Of a stretch of DNA of 64,000 nt, positions 52,146-64,000 are shown one piece after another. This DNA comes from Macrostomum lignano (Eukaryota), in NCBI GenBank assembly GCA_002269645.1, contig NIVC01002435.1, forward strand, positions 93,664-157,663. Reading direction: 5' to 3'. The notes below the pieces were generated by a model that was not told where the DNA came from, made no database searches, and saw only the letters and a program-made list of their open reading frames with translations. Every line of letters starts with the position of its first letter. The stretch's first letter is position 1. The translations under genes were made by a program, and so were the position numbers.

Positions 52146-52320
52146 GTCTACCTGCCTGCCTGTCTGTCTGCCAGTGTCTGTCTGTCGTCTGTCTGTCTGT
52201 CGTCTGCCTGCCTGTCTGTCTGCCAGTGTCTGTTTTTCTGTCTGTCTGCCAGTGTGTCTGCCTGTCTCTCTGCCAGTGTCTGTCTGTCCGCCCGCGTGTC
52301 TGCCCATGTCTGTGTCTGCA
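51915..52320. repeat. (ctgcccgtgtctgc)n / (tctg)n array directly after the stop codon
   Basis: Directly visible. Confidence 0.9.
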
Positions 52321-53094
52321 CCTTTTCCGTATTAACTACCAGCGGCAGTGAGTGCAGTTGGCTCTGTAAATTAGATTTCTACTTACCCTGAACAAAAATT
52401 CCTTAGCGTGTTTTCAATGCCTGACCGCTCCTATTTTTACTTGAGTGCATTTTGATGCTCAGTTTTTGTCAATTGCAGTTGTGAGCAATACTGTTACTGT
52501 TGTATTGAGATGCTATGATAGCTCTGGCCAGTTGTTGGTATGTAGAGTTTAATACAATTTGGCTGCATTTGCTGCTAATAAGCAGGGGCTGTTTCCTGCC
52601 CCTGTCTGTACAGTAATGTGTAAAAGTACCCTCTGAACCAATCGGATAACATATTTGAAATTCATATTCGGCAATTTATTATTTTATATTTGTACGAGAA
52701 CTTGTGCCTCAATGACAATGAGTAATATAAATGACAATTGAAGATTGTATTAGCGCGAAGAATACTACTTGCAGCTGTACCGCTGGTCCACAAGTAGTAT
52801 AGTGCGGGTATCAGTGACAATTATAAAATGTGTTGGCAACAAATTTGAATAGGAAATTCCTGTTAAGGCGAGCCTACAGAATTCGAAAGTCTCGGCGATC
52901 AGTTGCGAAATGTAGGCCGCCTGATTTCCTGTAATATCGAATGTTCGAAACTGCGGTGCAAGCTGGGGCAGTGACTGGGCTGGGGAGAATGCTCTGTACA
53001 TGGCGATCGGTAATTTTCACGATTGGGGCTGTGTCTGTGGTGAGTAGAGGCCTCGCTTGAGTGACTCGGTGGGGGTCTCAAGGGAGAACACGGT

Positions 53095-53406
53095 GCAGCA
53101 TGGGATGCAGCTAAGCATCCTACGGCTCAGTATCCCACAGCTCAGCATCCCGCTATTCAGCATCCCACAACTCAGCATCCTGCTATTTAGTATCCCACAA
53201 CTCAGCATCCCGCTATTCAGCATCCTGCTATTCAGCATCCCACAGCTCAGCATCCCGCTATTCAGCATCCCACAGCTCAGCATCCCGCTATTCAGCATCC
53301 CACAGCTCAGCATCCCGCTATTCAGCATCCCGCTATTCAGTATCCCACAGCTCAGCATCCGTCTATTCAGCATCCCACAGCTCAGCATCCCGATATTCAG
53401 TATCCC
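53095..53406. repeat. 15/30-bp minisatellite seeded at the stop codon of the 153-aa gene
   Basis: Minus-strand units gggatgctgaatagc / gggatgctgagctgt; the first unit is GGGATACTGA containing the stop. Confidence 0.9.
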
Positions 53407-53858
53407 AAGCGCCGCACCACGGCAGCGTGAGTCACGAGCCACTGGCGCCGCTTGCGGCAGCCGGCCTCCAGCCAGCCCGTCATGCTGTAGCCCTGTCGAA
53501 AGTCCGCGTCGGTGACCCGAGTTGTCAGGCAGAGGAAGAAGTCGCGCTGCTTCCTCTGCTCCGGCGGCTGCGGCTCCTTCGGCTTGGGAAAGCGGCCCAG
53601 CACGGCCATGAAGCCGTCGCTGGAGTGGCTGACGGTGGCCCAGCCGCGGCGGCGCCGCCTGCCTCCGCTGAACTCCGTGACGCGGCACAGGCGGCCGGTG
53701 AAGAAGCAGGGGAATTCGACCAGCCAATGACAGCTGAGCGCCGGGCAGCCGAGGCCCTCCTCCTGGTGCAGCGTCACTCTGATTGGCGCGCCGCCCTCGT
53801 AGCCAATCAGCTTCTTGCACTTGGCGCCGACGTTCTCGTAGTAGAAAAGCTGCACCAT
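53397..53858 (-). CDS. Uncharacterised 153-aa protein, single coding exon, probably beta-rich
   Basis: Complex non-repetitive ORF with GC3-rich codons; acceptor ctctcgctcag just before the ATG; upstream donor aaag|gtgagt near 54145 suggests a 5'UTR exon. No family recognised. Confidence 0.65.
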   Translation of the reverse strand: MVQLFYYENVGAKCKKLIGYEGGAPIRVTLHQEEGLGCPALSCHWLVEFPCFFTGRLCRVTEFSGGRRRRRGWATVSHSSDGFMAVLGRFPKPKEPQPPEQRKQRDFFLCLTTRVTDADFRQGYSMTGWLEAGCRKRRQWLVTHAAVVRRLGY

Positions 53859-55299
53859 TTGATTTCTGAGCGAGAGCGAAGGCGAAACCCCTTCATGTTG
53901 GCATTATCGGTGCTACTGCCGTCCTTAGAATTCTCCGGTCACTCTAGCACTCCAGCATCTGGCTCTTCCAGTCTTCTGTCACCAGTATTGCTTATTTGCA
54001 TTTCTAGTACGTCTTCTAACGGAATAGCCGCTCCTAGCACTCCTGTGAATACTGCTAAGCACTCGTGCACATCAAGAGCTCTACTAGAGGCTCTACTCAT
54101 ACTTGGCAAAATGCTGGAAAAAGCTTCTAAAACACAGAACTCACCTTTAATTTGGTGCAGCTGGCGTCAGTCGAATATCGAGCTGGCCTCTTGCCTGTCC
54201 GCTAATCTAGCAGGGAAGAATGCAGCCGGTGATGAGGCAAGGGAAGGCCAAATCCCAGCAGCTCCCTTTGAGGCTTTCCGGGGCTTGGAAAGAGGGAAAG
54301 GCAGCCTCAGTTGCTAACGAGCCGGTATCGCCCACCTCTCTCACAAATCCTTGTAGCCGAAATCCGACTCGCGGCCGCGTCCTCCCAGCCAGCCGGGCGG
54401 GTCAAACGGTGAATCGCGCAGCCGCCCAGCCTCCGCGTGTTCGGAGCCGCCCGCAGCTGGTAGAGGGTGCAAGATGAAGCCGAAGGAAACGCGGAGCAGC
54501 TACAGAAGGAGGTTGAGAGCGGGGAACACAGAAGCGAGGGAAGAGCTGAGGCTGAGCTGTCTCTTCATCCCCTTCCTTAATAGCCGTGAGCGGAGGCTGG
54601 GGTGGCGTCTCGGCGGGGGGTGGCCAAATCCTTGCTGCTCCTTCGCCTATCCCAGTCTCTATCTCCCGTCTCTTCGCTCCCAGCCATTGAGCCGGCGTCT
54701 TTCCCGCGCCTCCCCCCCCCCGTGAGAGCTCAGGAGGAGAGCTCTGCTCGGTGAGGGGAGGAAACCGACTCATCCTCATTGTTTATCCCACAGCAGCGAT
54801 ATCCCATTCCCAATGCGTTATCATGCCTCTCGTTTCTCTCCCTACTCCTCTCTTGCCGCTGACTTTCACTGCCGCCCGGCTGCAGCAACTTTCTTCAACT
54901 GCTTTTGTCCGGATGAGTTCAGTAGTGCGGTATAAGCAGCTCCGCACGCGACGTCCCTTTTATCGATGCAGGCAAAACGAAATGCTGCAGTTGGAGATTG
55001 CAAGAAAATGATGAAAACTTGCAGGAAGTTACCTACCTTACCGGGGAAGGTAGCTGGCAGGAGGCAAGCCGGCCTTCAACCGAGACCGGCTCCACTACCT
55101 CGGGCCCAACCCGTCCCTGGACGACGCTTGCCGGCCCGAGAACATCCGGTTCCTCCGGGCCACCGAACGAGTCTCCGCCTTCCTATCTGACCGGCCCCTC
55201 GCCCTAGCCTATGCGGCCTCTCAGGGATTGGCGCAATGAGCGACGCTCGTCTCCCCCGATGCGTCTTCGGACTGCCCTGAAGCTGAGTCTGAGAGGAGG

Positions 55300-55910
55300 A
55301 TAGTGAGAGGAGGATGAAAGTGTGGCACAGGGAGGCATGAGAGGAGGATGAAAGAGTGGCAGAGGGAGGCAGGGGAGGCATGAGAGGAGGATGAAAGAGT
55401 GGCAGAGGGAGGCAGGGGAGGCATGAGAGGAGGATGAAAGAGTGGCAGAGGGAGGCAGGGGAGGCATGAGAGGAGGATGAAAGAGTGGCAGAGGGAGGCA
55501 GGGGAGGCATGAGAGGAGGATGAAAGAGTGGCAGAGGGAGGCAGGGGAGGCATGAGAGGAGGATGAAAGAGTGGCAGAGGGAGGCAGGGGAGGCATGAGA
55601 GGAGGATGAAAGAGTGGCAGAGGGAGGCAGGGGAGGCATGAGAGGAGGATGAAAGAGTGGCAGAGGGAGGCAGGGGAGGCATGAGAGGAGGATGAAAGAG
55701 TGGCAGAGGGAGGCAGGGGAGGCATGAGAGGAGGATGAAGGCGGAGAGAGAGGCAGGGGAGGCATGAGAGGAGGATGAAGGCGGAGAGAGAGGCAGGGGA
55801 GGCATGAGAGGAGGATGAAAGAGTGGCAGAGGGAGGCAGGGGAGGCATGAGAGGAGGATGAAAGAGTGGCAGAGGGAGGCAGGGGAGGCATGAGAGGAGG
55901 ATGAAAGAGT
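55300..55910. repeat. 43-bp purine-rich minisatellite
   Basis: Unit ggcagagggaggcaggggaggcatgagaggaggatgaaagagt. Confidence 0.95.
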
Positions 55911-56864
55911 GGTAGAGGGAGACAGAGGAGGCAGACAGACAGGTACAACAAAGAACCCGAGCAGCTCAGAGCAGATGAAGCAGGAAGGCAGCTGGGCCCA
56001 GAGGCGGCACAATAGAGCAAAAAACTGAAAGGAAACCAGAGAAAAATGGCAAACTGATTTATAAGGCAGAAGCGGGCAAAATGGCTTCATAGCTGCATAG
56101 CCCTGGGCTGCAGAAAGTAAAGTCCTTACATCAGCTTATTTGGAGCAAGCAGAGGCGGAAGCCGCCCCGCCCCTGCCTGCGGAATAATGCGATTTCCCGC
56201 AGTCTCCGTCTCCCCCGGGCTGTCCCCTCAAACTCCTGATAAAAAGGCCGAGACTGGGCATCCGCCACTTCCCAGCCGAGTCCCGGGGAAAAAATGGTTC
56301 ACAAAATGAGTTAAGAAGTGAATGACAGAGAGCTGGGATAAGCTGGGCAGCCGGTCGCATTCCCGCACTGCTGCCCCTCAAAATCGGTGGGCAGAAAAAA
56401 GTGAAGTTGCCAATTTCTCAGGCGACCTCTTCGTCCCAATCTTTTCCCCATCTCCCAGCCTGATCCCCAGGCAGCTCCACAGGCCTCTCTGAAATGATTA
56501 ATTAAGAGCGCAGGCCCTGGTCTCAGAGCTGATATGGCCAGCTCAGAAGTACGCATAGCCTTGGCAGCCCGGCCCCCGATCTGTCCCGCCCTCCCTCCTC
56601 CCTTGGCCTCGAATTTCAGCAGCCGGAACACGCGAAACTCGACCAGATCAATTCAGCTCGGATAGCTGCTGCTGCTGCTGTCTGCTGGCCTGTCTGCTTC
56701 AAGGGCAGCAAGGCGGCTGCAACATCGATTCGTTGCCGGGCCTCCTTGGGACACCCGACACGACAAACAAATATTTGCTTTTTTTTAGTCGAAACTCAAT
56801 TTCCTCGCATACTATCTGCTTCTGCTACGCAGTTCAGGTTGTGTGATAGTTACCCTGTCTCGAG

Positions 56865-57720
56865 AGCATCTACTGAGTGTCTATAGAGATAATCCTAGCA
56901 TCTAGCGAGTGTCTATAGAGATAATCCTAGCATCTACCGAGTGTCTATAGAGATCCTTCTAGCATCTACCGAGTGTCTATAGAGATCCTTCTAGCATCTA
57001 CCGAGTGTCTATAGAGATCCTTATAGCATCTACCGAGTGTCTATAGAGATCCTTCTAGCATCTACCGAGCGTCTATAGAGATAATCCTAGCAGCTACCGA
57101 GTGTCTATAGAGATACTTCTAGCATCTACCAAGTGTCTATAGAGATCCTTCTAGCATCTAACGAGTGTCTATATAGATAATCCTGGCAGCTACCGAGTGT
57201 CTATAGAGATCCTTCTAGCATCTACCAAGTGTCTATAGAGATCCTTCTAGCATCTACCGAGTGTCTATAGAGATCCCTCTAGCATCTACCGAGCGTCTAT
57301 AGAGATAATCCTAGCAGCTACCGAGTGTCTATAGAGATTCTTCTAGCAGCTACCGAGTGTCTATATAGATAATCCTAGCAGCTACCGAGTGTCTATATAG
57401 ATAATCCTAGCATCTACCGAGTGTCTATAGAGATCCTTCTAGCATCTACCGAGTGTCTATATAGATAATCCTAGCATCTACCGAGTGTCTATAGAGATCC
57501 CTCTAGCATCTACCGAGCGTCTATAGAGATAATCCTAGCATCTACCAAGTGTCTATAGAGATTCTTCTAGCAGCTACCGAGTGTCTATATAGATAATCCT
57601 AGCATCTACCGAGTGTCTATAGAGATCCTTCTAGCATCTACCGAGTGTCTATATAGATAATCCTAGCATCTACCGAGTGTCTATAGAGATCCTTCTAGCA
57701 TCTACCGAGCGTCTATAGTG
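56865..57720. repeat. 32-bp minisatellite with two alternating variants
   Basis: tagcatctaccgagtgtctatagagatccttc / tagcatctaccgagtgtctatagagataatcc. Confidence 0.95.
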
Positions 57721-58249
57721 ATCCTGCAGCCTCTACTGTGCCTGCAGATATTCCTGGAACCATACAGCATCATTGAGACAAGCTTCAAAACCCTACCAAG
57801 AATCCCTATTGGAGCTGTTAAGCCAGCAGCCGCGACTGAATGGTAAATACGGCCGGAGAACCTGGGCGCGACACGCCAAATCCCGGGCTAAATTACAGCC
57901 CCGCGCTCCTCAGACAAGAAAGCAAGTCCAGCAGTGACGGGCGGCGCTCCTCATTGCAAATTAACGAGATTGACTGCGCGGGAAGGCGAGAAAAATTAAT
58001 CATCCCGCGGCACTCCGCCCACATTGCGGGTCCGGCCGCCCAAAACCAACAGTTTTTCCCTCTCTGCAGCAAAAGAAGAGGCCCGGAGCCTCCTCTCCAG
58101 CTACCCACTCTGCCTCCCGAGACACCCTCAGTTATTTCTAGCGCAGAGCGCAGTCCCTGAGCCCCCGCCATTAATTCCAATTGCAGAAGCTGCAAACAGG
58201 TGGCGCGCACTTTTGTCCGGCCACATCGAAGCAGCGTAGCACTGAGGAT

Positions 58250-58545
58250 AGGCTGGGGTGGCACTGAAGGACAGGCAGGGGTGGCACTGAAGGACAGGCA
58301 GGGCTGTCACTGAAGGACAGACAGGGGTGGCACTGAAGGACAGACAGGGGTGGCACTGAAGGACAGACAGGGGTGGCACTGAAGGACAGGCAGGGGTGGC
58401 ACTGAAGGACAGGCAGGGGTGGCACTGAAGGACAGGCAGGGCTGGCACTGAAGGACAGGCTGGGGTGGCACTGAAGGACAGGCAGGGCTGGCACTGAAGG
58501 ACAGGCAAGGGTGGCACTGAAGGACAGACAGGGCTGGCACTGACA
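58250..58545. repeat. 23-bp minisatellite
   Basis: Unit ggggtggcactgaaggacaggca. Confidence 0.93.
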
Positions 58546-59299
58546 GGCAAAAAGAGGGTCGAGTCAAGTGAGAAGAATGAACACCAGCCAGCAATATTTA
58601 GTTTCAGATCTCCTATTTGAAATGAATAGCCAGTCGTATATATATTTATGTGCATAAATATGTTTTCAAATTGTTGATATTCTACTAGTTGACGCCTCTG
58701 TCAGATCTAGCAAAAAGTACAACCGAATGACACTAATAATAGTAATAATAATAGCAATAATTATTATTTACAAAACTAGCTGGGCCAAGTTGACACTGGA
58801 GACTGGGAGAGATAATAAATAATGTAACGCTGGTCTGTATGGGTAGAAATAAAAATGACAGTTGATACGCGCAGCATACTACTGGTCTAAGTAGGAAATA
58901 ATGCGGACAGAATGTTTACTTTTTATATGCGAGCAATAACTGGCTTAGGGACTACATGAAACCAACTATAACAGTTTAAAATGATAGACAGGACCAAATG
59001 TGACAGTAATTACTGCTAGTCATGTCAATTATGTTAGTGACAATTAACTCAGAGCTAAACTAAGAATTGAACTCCGAATGCGACTCCAGAGCCTGGGGGA
59101 CAGACAGGTTTCAATAAACCACATGGCAGACTTCAGTTAGGCTGGTAAAATGTTGCAATGGATCCCCGGGCACTCGGGCAAAAATATTGATTAATACTAG
59201 GACTTACAATTAGAAAATATATATTAGCATGGATTCACACGTCACAATGGATAAGTTAACAATTAATAATTTAGTGACACTAACAAAACTAGTGACTTC

Positions 59300-59525
59300 T
59301 CCCTATTAGAGAAGTCCCTGAACAACCCTACTAGAGTAGTCCCTGAACAACCCTACTAGAGAAGTCCCTGAACAACCCTACTAGAGTAGTCCCTGAACAA
59401 CCCTACTAGAGAAGTCCCTGAACAACCCTACTAGAGTAGTCCCTGAACAACCCTACTAGAGAAGTCCCTGAACAACCCTACTAGAGAAGTACCTGAACAA
59501 CCCTACTAGAGAAGTCCCTGAACAA
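59300..59525. repeat. 25-bp minisatellite
   Basis: Unit gtccctgaacaaccctactagagaa. Confidence 0.93.
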
Positions 59526-59794
59526 AGTTGACAGAAAATAATGGAAATCATAACAAAAATAGGGAGAAGAAAAAACATTGAATATTATGAGTTAAGAAAT
59601 TAACATCAACACGGGAAATGCCCGCGGAAATTTAACAATGCAACCATTGAAAGCAGCAATTGTCTGAAATAGCCCAGCCATTATTGCTTTTGTTGGAACA
59701 ACTTTGCTGCTTTGACAATTTTTGTGTAAGTGCCAAGCCTAAAGCAATTACTTTGCGTAATCTGAAAATAGAAAGACGCCCTAGGAACGCACTG

Positions 59795-60120
59795 CGAGTT
59801 CTCTGTGGGGTCATTGAGTCCCCTAATGTTCTCTGTGGGGTCATTGAGTCCCCTAATGATCTCTGTGGGGTCATTGAGTCCCCTAATGTTCTCTGTGGGG
59901 TCATTGAGTCCCCTAATGTTCTCTGAGGGGTCATTGAGTCCCCTAATGTTCTCTGTGGGGTCATTGAGTCCCCTAATGTTCTCTGAGGGGTCATTGAGTC
60001 CCCTAATGTTCTCTGAGGTGCCATTGAGTCCCCTAATGTTCTCTGAGGGGTCATTGAGTCCCCTAATGTTCTCTGAGGTGCCATTGAGTCCCCTAATGTT
60101 CTCTGTGGGGTCATTGACCT
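59795..60120. repeat. 30-bp minisatellite
   Basis: Unit gttctctgtggggtcattgagtcccctaat. Confidence 0.93.
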
Positions 60121-60286
60121 TATTATTCCCCATGGGGTCGCTTACTCCCCTAATGTACTCTGAGGGGCCATAGCACGGCTGGCCAGAGAATCAAGAAGTT
60201 GGTACCGCTCGCAGCCACTGCCCCGCCCATTCTTCTCGGAATTCCCCACCCAAGCAAATAAAAAATTCATACAATTTTATAAATTC

Positions 60287-61969
60287 TTAGCTGGTCCGAC
60301 GTGCGGCCAGCGCTTCATCGACCAGCTGCAGTTGCTGCAGGAGCCGCTCCCGCCTGTCCAGCAGATCTGCCAGAATGCCGTCTCCATCGTCGTCGGCCAC
60401 GCCGCCATCGTCGGCCGCAGCAGCTGTCGCCGCCGCAGAAGCCGAGTCCACGGTCAGACGAGCCAGGCCGCCAGCCAGCGATTCGTAGCTGCCGGTGAGA
60501 GACGTCACGCGGCTTTCCTCGTCGTAACGCGTCATTGGCGCTGCGGACGGAGGCGGCGGCGACGGTGTCTGCGTCGACTTCGACCGGCGCGCGGCCGCCT
60601 TCGTCGGCGGCTTCAATGCCTCATTGGCGACATCAGCTGTCTGCGCGTCCCGATGCCGGAAGTCGGGCTCGTCGGTCTGCGCCGCGGCCGACTTGAAGCC
60701 GCTGCCGGCCGGCCAGTCGTCGGTCTGGGCCCAGCGGTCCACCGGGCAGGCCTGGCCGAGCCTGGCCAGACGGAGCCGGAGCCGCTGCTCGATCTCGGCC
60801 GCGTGCAGCCGCTCCGACAGATGATTGGCGACATCGTTCAGCGGCCGCTGGAACAGCGACACGTCAGTTCCGTGTGCGTCCGGCGCCGACTGCGGCACAA
60901 ACTCGCCGTCAGCCGGGGCGGCGGCAGCGTCTCGGGCCAGCTGCAGGCGGCGGCGCGAGCGCCACTGCGCCAGGATGTCGTCCTGCTGGTTGGCGGAGTC
61001 GTTCTCGGCTGGCGCTGCAGCTGCTGACGAAGATTCGACAAAGCGCGGCCGGTACGGCGTCTCTTCGACCTCCTGCGATTGGAATCGGATTCTGACGGTC
61101 AGTTGAATGGCGGAGCAGCTGAACGCGTCTGACTCGAGCGCCAGGACCCCCGGTTCGATTCCGTGCACAGGCACAGAGAGTGTACGTGCCTGACGATCAG
61201 GGCCGCTGTACACCCTGTATGAGTGCGGGCCTGCGTGCAGTACTGGCGCGCTAGAATGCGCTCAGGAGTCGGCGGCATGGGCAGAATCGCCTCAGCGTCC
61301 AAGTTGCGAGACGATTTCGCCAAAGGCGTCGCACCAGGGTGTCCGTAGCCCTCGGTTGCATAAATTTATTTGTTTTAATTAGCTCCTTTGTCTGCAGGGG
61401 GCTTATAATACTATTGGAGACCGGAAACAAGCCAGCGCATCTTTTCGAAGAGAATGTGATAAAGGGTGGACTTTGTACTTAATTCCAGTGTTCCTTAACT
61501 AGCCAAGAACCGGAAACACGCGCGAGCCCGGCACAAACCTGGACCAACTCGAACTCGTCCGAGTTGGCAGTGGCGGTGTCCTCGGCCTCCTCCTCGGCGC
61601 ACTCGTCCGGCCCGAATCCGGCCACGCCGCCGGAGCTCCGGCTGAGGCTGCGCGGCCTCTCCCGCCGGCCGTACGGCTCGAAGTGCTGCGGATTCGAGCG
61701 GCGCCGAAGCTTTCCGCCGGCGCCGGTGCCTAGCGACGCGTCCGGTGGCGGCGACGGCGACAAGGCGGAGGCGTCGGCACCAGCTGAGTCGGGGCCAAGC
61801 CACCAGAAGTCGGCCGGATTGGCCGGCTCGCGATCGCCTCGGCCAGCTGGCGGTTAGCGCGAAATCTGGCGATGTACTGCCCGATGGTGGACGGCTCGGC
61901 GTTCGCGGGCGGCGCCGCGGCGCTGGCGCCGGCGGCCGAGTTGGCCCTGTGTGCTGCGACCGTGGCGCG
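60287..61969 (-). CDS. PROSER3: PROSER3-like (C19orf55) protein, exons 61969-61539 and 61072-60287, with an apparent 1-nt frameshift near 61855
   Basis: Three PROSER3 blocks in the expected order: IGQYIARFR, PADFWWL and DDILAQWRSRRRLQLA, plus a C-terminal coiled coil ILADLLDRRERLLQQL. Phase-0 intron cag|gtttgt...tcgcag|gag. Confidence 0.72.
61097..61375 (+). mobile_element. tRNA-derived SINE in the PROSER3 intron (antisense)
   Basis: A box tggcggagcagctg (61108-61121) and B box ggttcgattcc (61152-61162). The head shares cgcgtc.gactc....cgccag with the SINE at 25253; AT-rich 3' end. Confidence 0.7.
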
Positions 61970-61989
61970 CTGCAGAAATTGGAATTGAA

Positions 61990-62360
61990 TGCCGGATGTG
62001 AGGGCTGACAGCTTTGATGTGGGTGCTGACAGCTTGGATGTGGGTGCTGACAGCTTGGATGTGGGTGCTGACAGCTTGGATGTGGGGGCTGACAGCTTTG
62101 ATGTGGTTGCTGATAGCTTTGATATGGGGACTGACAGCTTGGATGTGGGGCTGACAGCTTTGATATGGGGGCTGACAGCTTTGATGTGGTTGCTGACAGC
62201 TTTGATGTGGTTGCTGACAGCTTTGATGTGGTTGCTGACAGCTTTGATGTGGGGGCTGACAACTTGGATATGGGTGCTGACAGCTTCGATATGGGTGCTG
62301 ACAGCTTTGATATGGGTGCTGACAGCTTCGATATGGGTGCTGACAGCTTCGATATGGGAT
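61990..62360. repeat. 21-bp minisatellite upstream of the first PROSER3 acceptor
   Basis: Unit tgacagctttgatgtggttgc and variants. Confidence 0.93.
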
Positions 62361-64000
62361 GACTTGTACAAGATATAATTGTTAATTGTTATTAATTACT
62401 TTTTACAGAAAGAAAATTTATATCTTTTAATCATTTTTAAAGGATATTTTACAATACCAATAGAATGTTTTCTAATAATTTGGTTTTCCTTTAAGTTTTT
62501 TGTTAAAAAATCACTATTTATAATTTTATAAAATGTGTTTGTGCTTCAACTTATTTTGTTACAAAGAAGTTCATATATTACACAAATATTTACATCAATA
62601 TTTATAAAGCTATTTCCAAAATACAACATTAGCCCATTAGCTGTTTATATGCATATGTTTGTATGCAAAGTGTTCTTCATCCTCTTGCCATGCTCTGCTT
62701 ATTAGTAGCCCTGTACATTAAAACGAGACAGCCCACATTAAATAACCAACTCACAATAGGTGGGGTTAGCCATCAACTAAGCATATTTTAATTGACCTTG
62801 CAAATAACTAGACTGGAACAAAATTGACATGCATTCTCCCCCTATAAATATTGTTTCTTTTTCAATTAATATGTACAAGTTTTTTAAACCATCAACATTC
62901 AATAAAATTATGTACTTTCATATTTTCTTTCTCCATTCACTATTTATACTGTTTACTTGTTAAATCATTTGGTTTTCAAATAAATTTTGACCTTGAAGAT
63001 GACCTATTGTTGGACAAAATGCATCAGCAATTCAAATAAATACAACTAACACTTCATGTTGATACTGACTTTTATTTAGAACATGTCTTATATCACTAGT
63101 TTGCAATAACATATAGACTTCTCTTAAAAATAAAAATGCAGTCAGAGTATCCAATTATTGCTTACAATTACCCATAGTACTCAAATCAGTTCTTTCTAGT
63201 CTCGCAATACCAAACTTTCAATGCACATATGAAAATAATTGTATCTGGTTTTGCATCTTCTGTTTTTACAAAGCCAATTATTTCAATTGCTCAGGTAGAA
63301 ATCATCAAGCAACTTATCCTGCCAGAATTTTATTATGTCTATATTGATAACACTGCCAGGAGACACATTCAGCTATTGCAGAAAGAAATTAATTATAATT
63401 ATAGATGTCACCTATACTACAAAAACTGCTGCTTGATTGCTATACCTTCAAATTGTTACAGACTTATAGATTTTGCCACTACTCACATACAAGTATCTGC
63501 ACTACTCCTGCTGGATCTGCTAGGTGGTTTCTAGCTTATCAACCAAAAAGCAAATAGCAGTCTAGCACCCATATATGCCTGATACCACCTAGGCCAACCA
63601 TAAACTGCCCCAAGGAAAACCTACAGACACAACTTAAAGCCAAGATAAAGACATGGAAAAGTGCTATACTAGGTAGCCAAACAATGTAGCTAAGGCATGC
63701 AAATGATTTTGGTAAGCAGAGAGCACTAAGGACCAAGGCACTAATAACATTAACCCTTTTGTGTTAAAGCTAAAAATATAAAAACTATACTCCTGCCAAC
63801 ATGGTCAGCTGGGCTGACTATAGACTATAGCTAGAATCTTAATATATCCATATGCAAAAAGCTTTTCTAGCCAAGAAGGGAACCTTTTATAAAATGCAAG
63901 GTAAAAAATAGTTCAAATAGGCATTTCACTTGATGCTTTTTAAGTAGATTATATAGTGTATACACTTGACATCTAGCAATAAATAATATAGTTCACTTTA

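Noticed and set aside
59140-59185. MLQWIPGHSG, an RNase H-like motif
   Set aside because: Only ~10 residues with no flanking homology; probably a LINE relic but too short to call.

Overview
Eukaryotic (metazoan) genomic DNA. It has GC-rich exons, AT-rich spacers, and introns and spacers filled with 11-43 bp minisatellites. This style points to a free-living flatworm such as Macrostomum, which is an inference from sequence style and not a database match. I can reconstruct about 12 spliced protein-coding genes: a PAP2/PLPP lipid phosphate phosphatase, a DEG/ENaC channel head-to-head with an innexin, intronless AP2S1, a MATH-only TRAF-like gene, an uncharacterised coiled-coil gene, a same-strand trio MAPK7(ERK5)-PIH1D2-NICN1, an uncharacterised U1-type zinc-finger/RRM-like gene, an uncharacterised 153-aa gene and PROSER3. 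Mobile DNA includes a Penelope-like GIY-YIG element with a minimal hammerhead ribozyme, two tRNA-derived SINEs, RTE and RNase H LINE relics, and several MITEs, one nested. Main signals: (1) three or four genes begin at a phase-0 3' splice site with no ATG of their own, as expected if a spliced leader ending in AUG supplies the initiator Met, and NICN1 looks like a downstream cistron of an operon whose spacer has been inflated by satellite DNA; (2) a hammerhead ribozyme lies just downstream of the Penelope ORF; (3) an orphan SID-1-like coding fragment; (4) intronic minisatellites that are tandem amplifications of splice-site sequences. All long repetitive ORFs in the supplied track are artefacts of tandem arrays.
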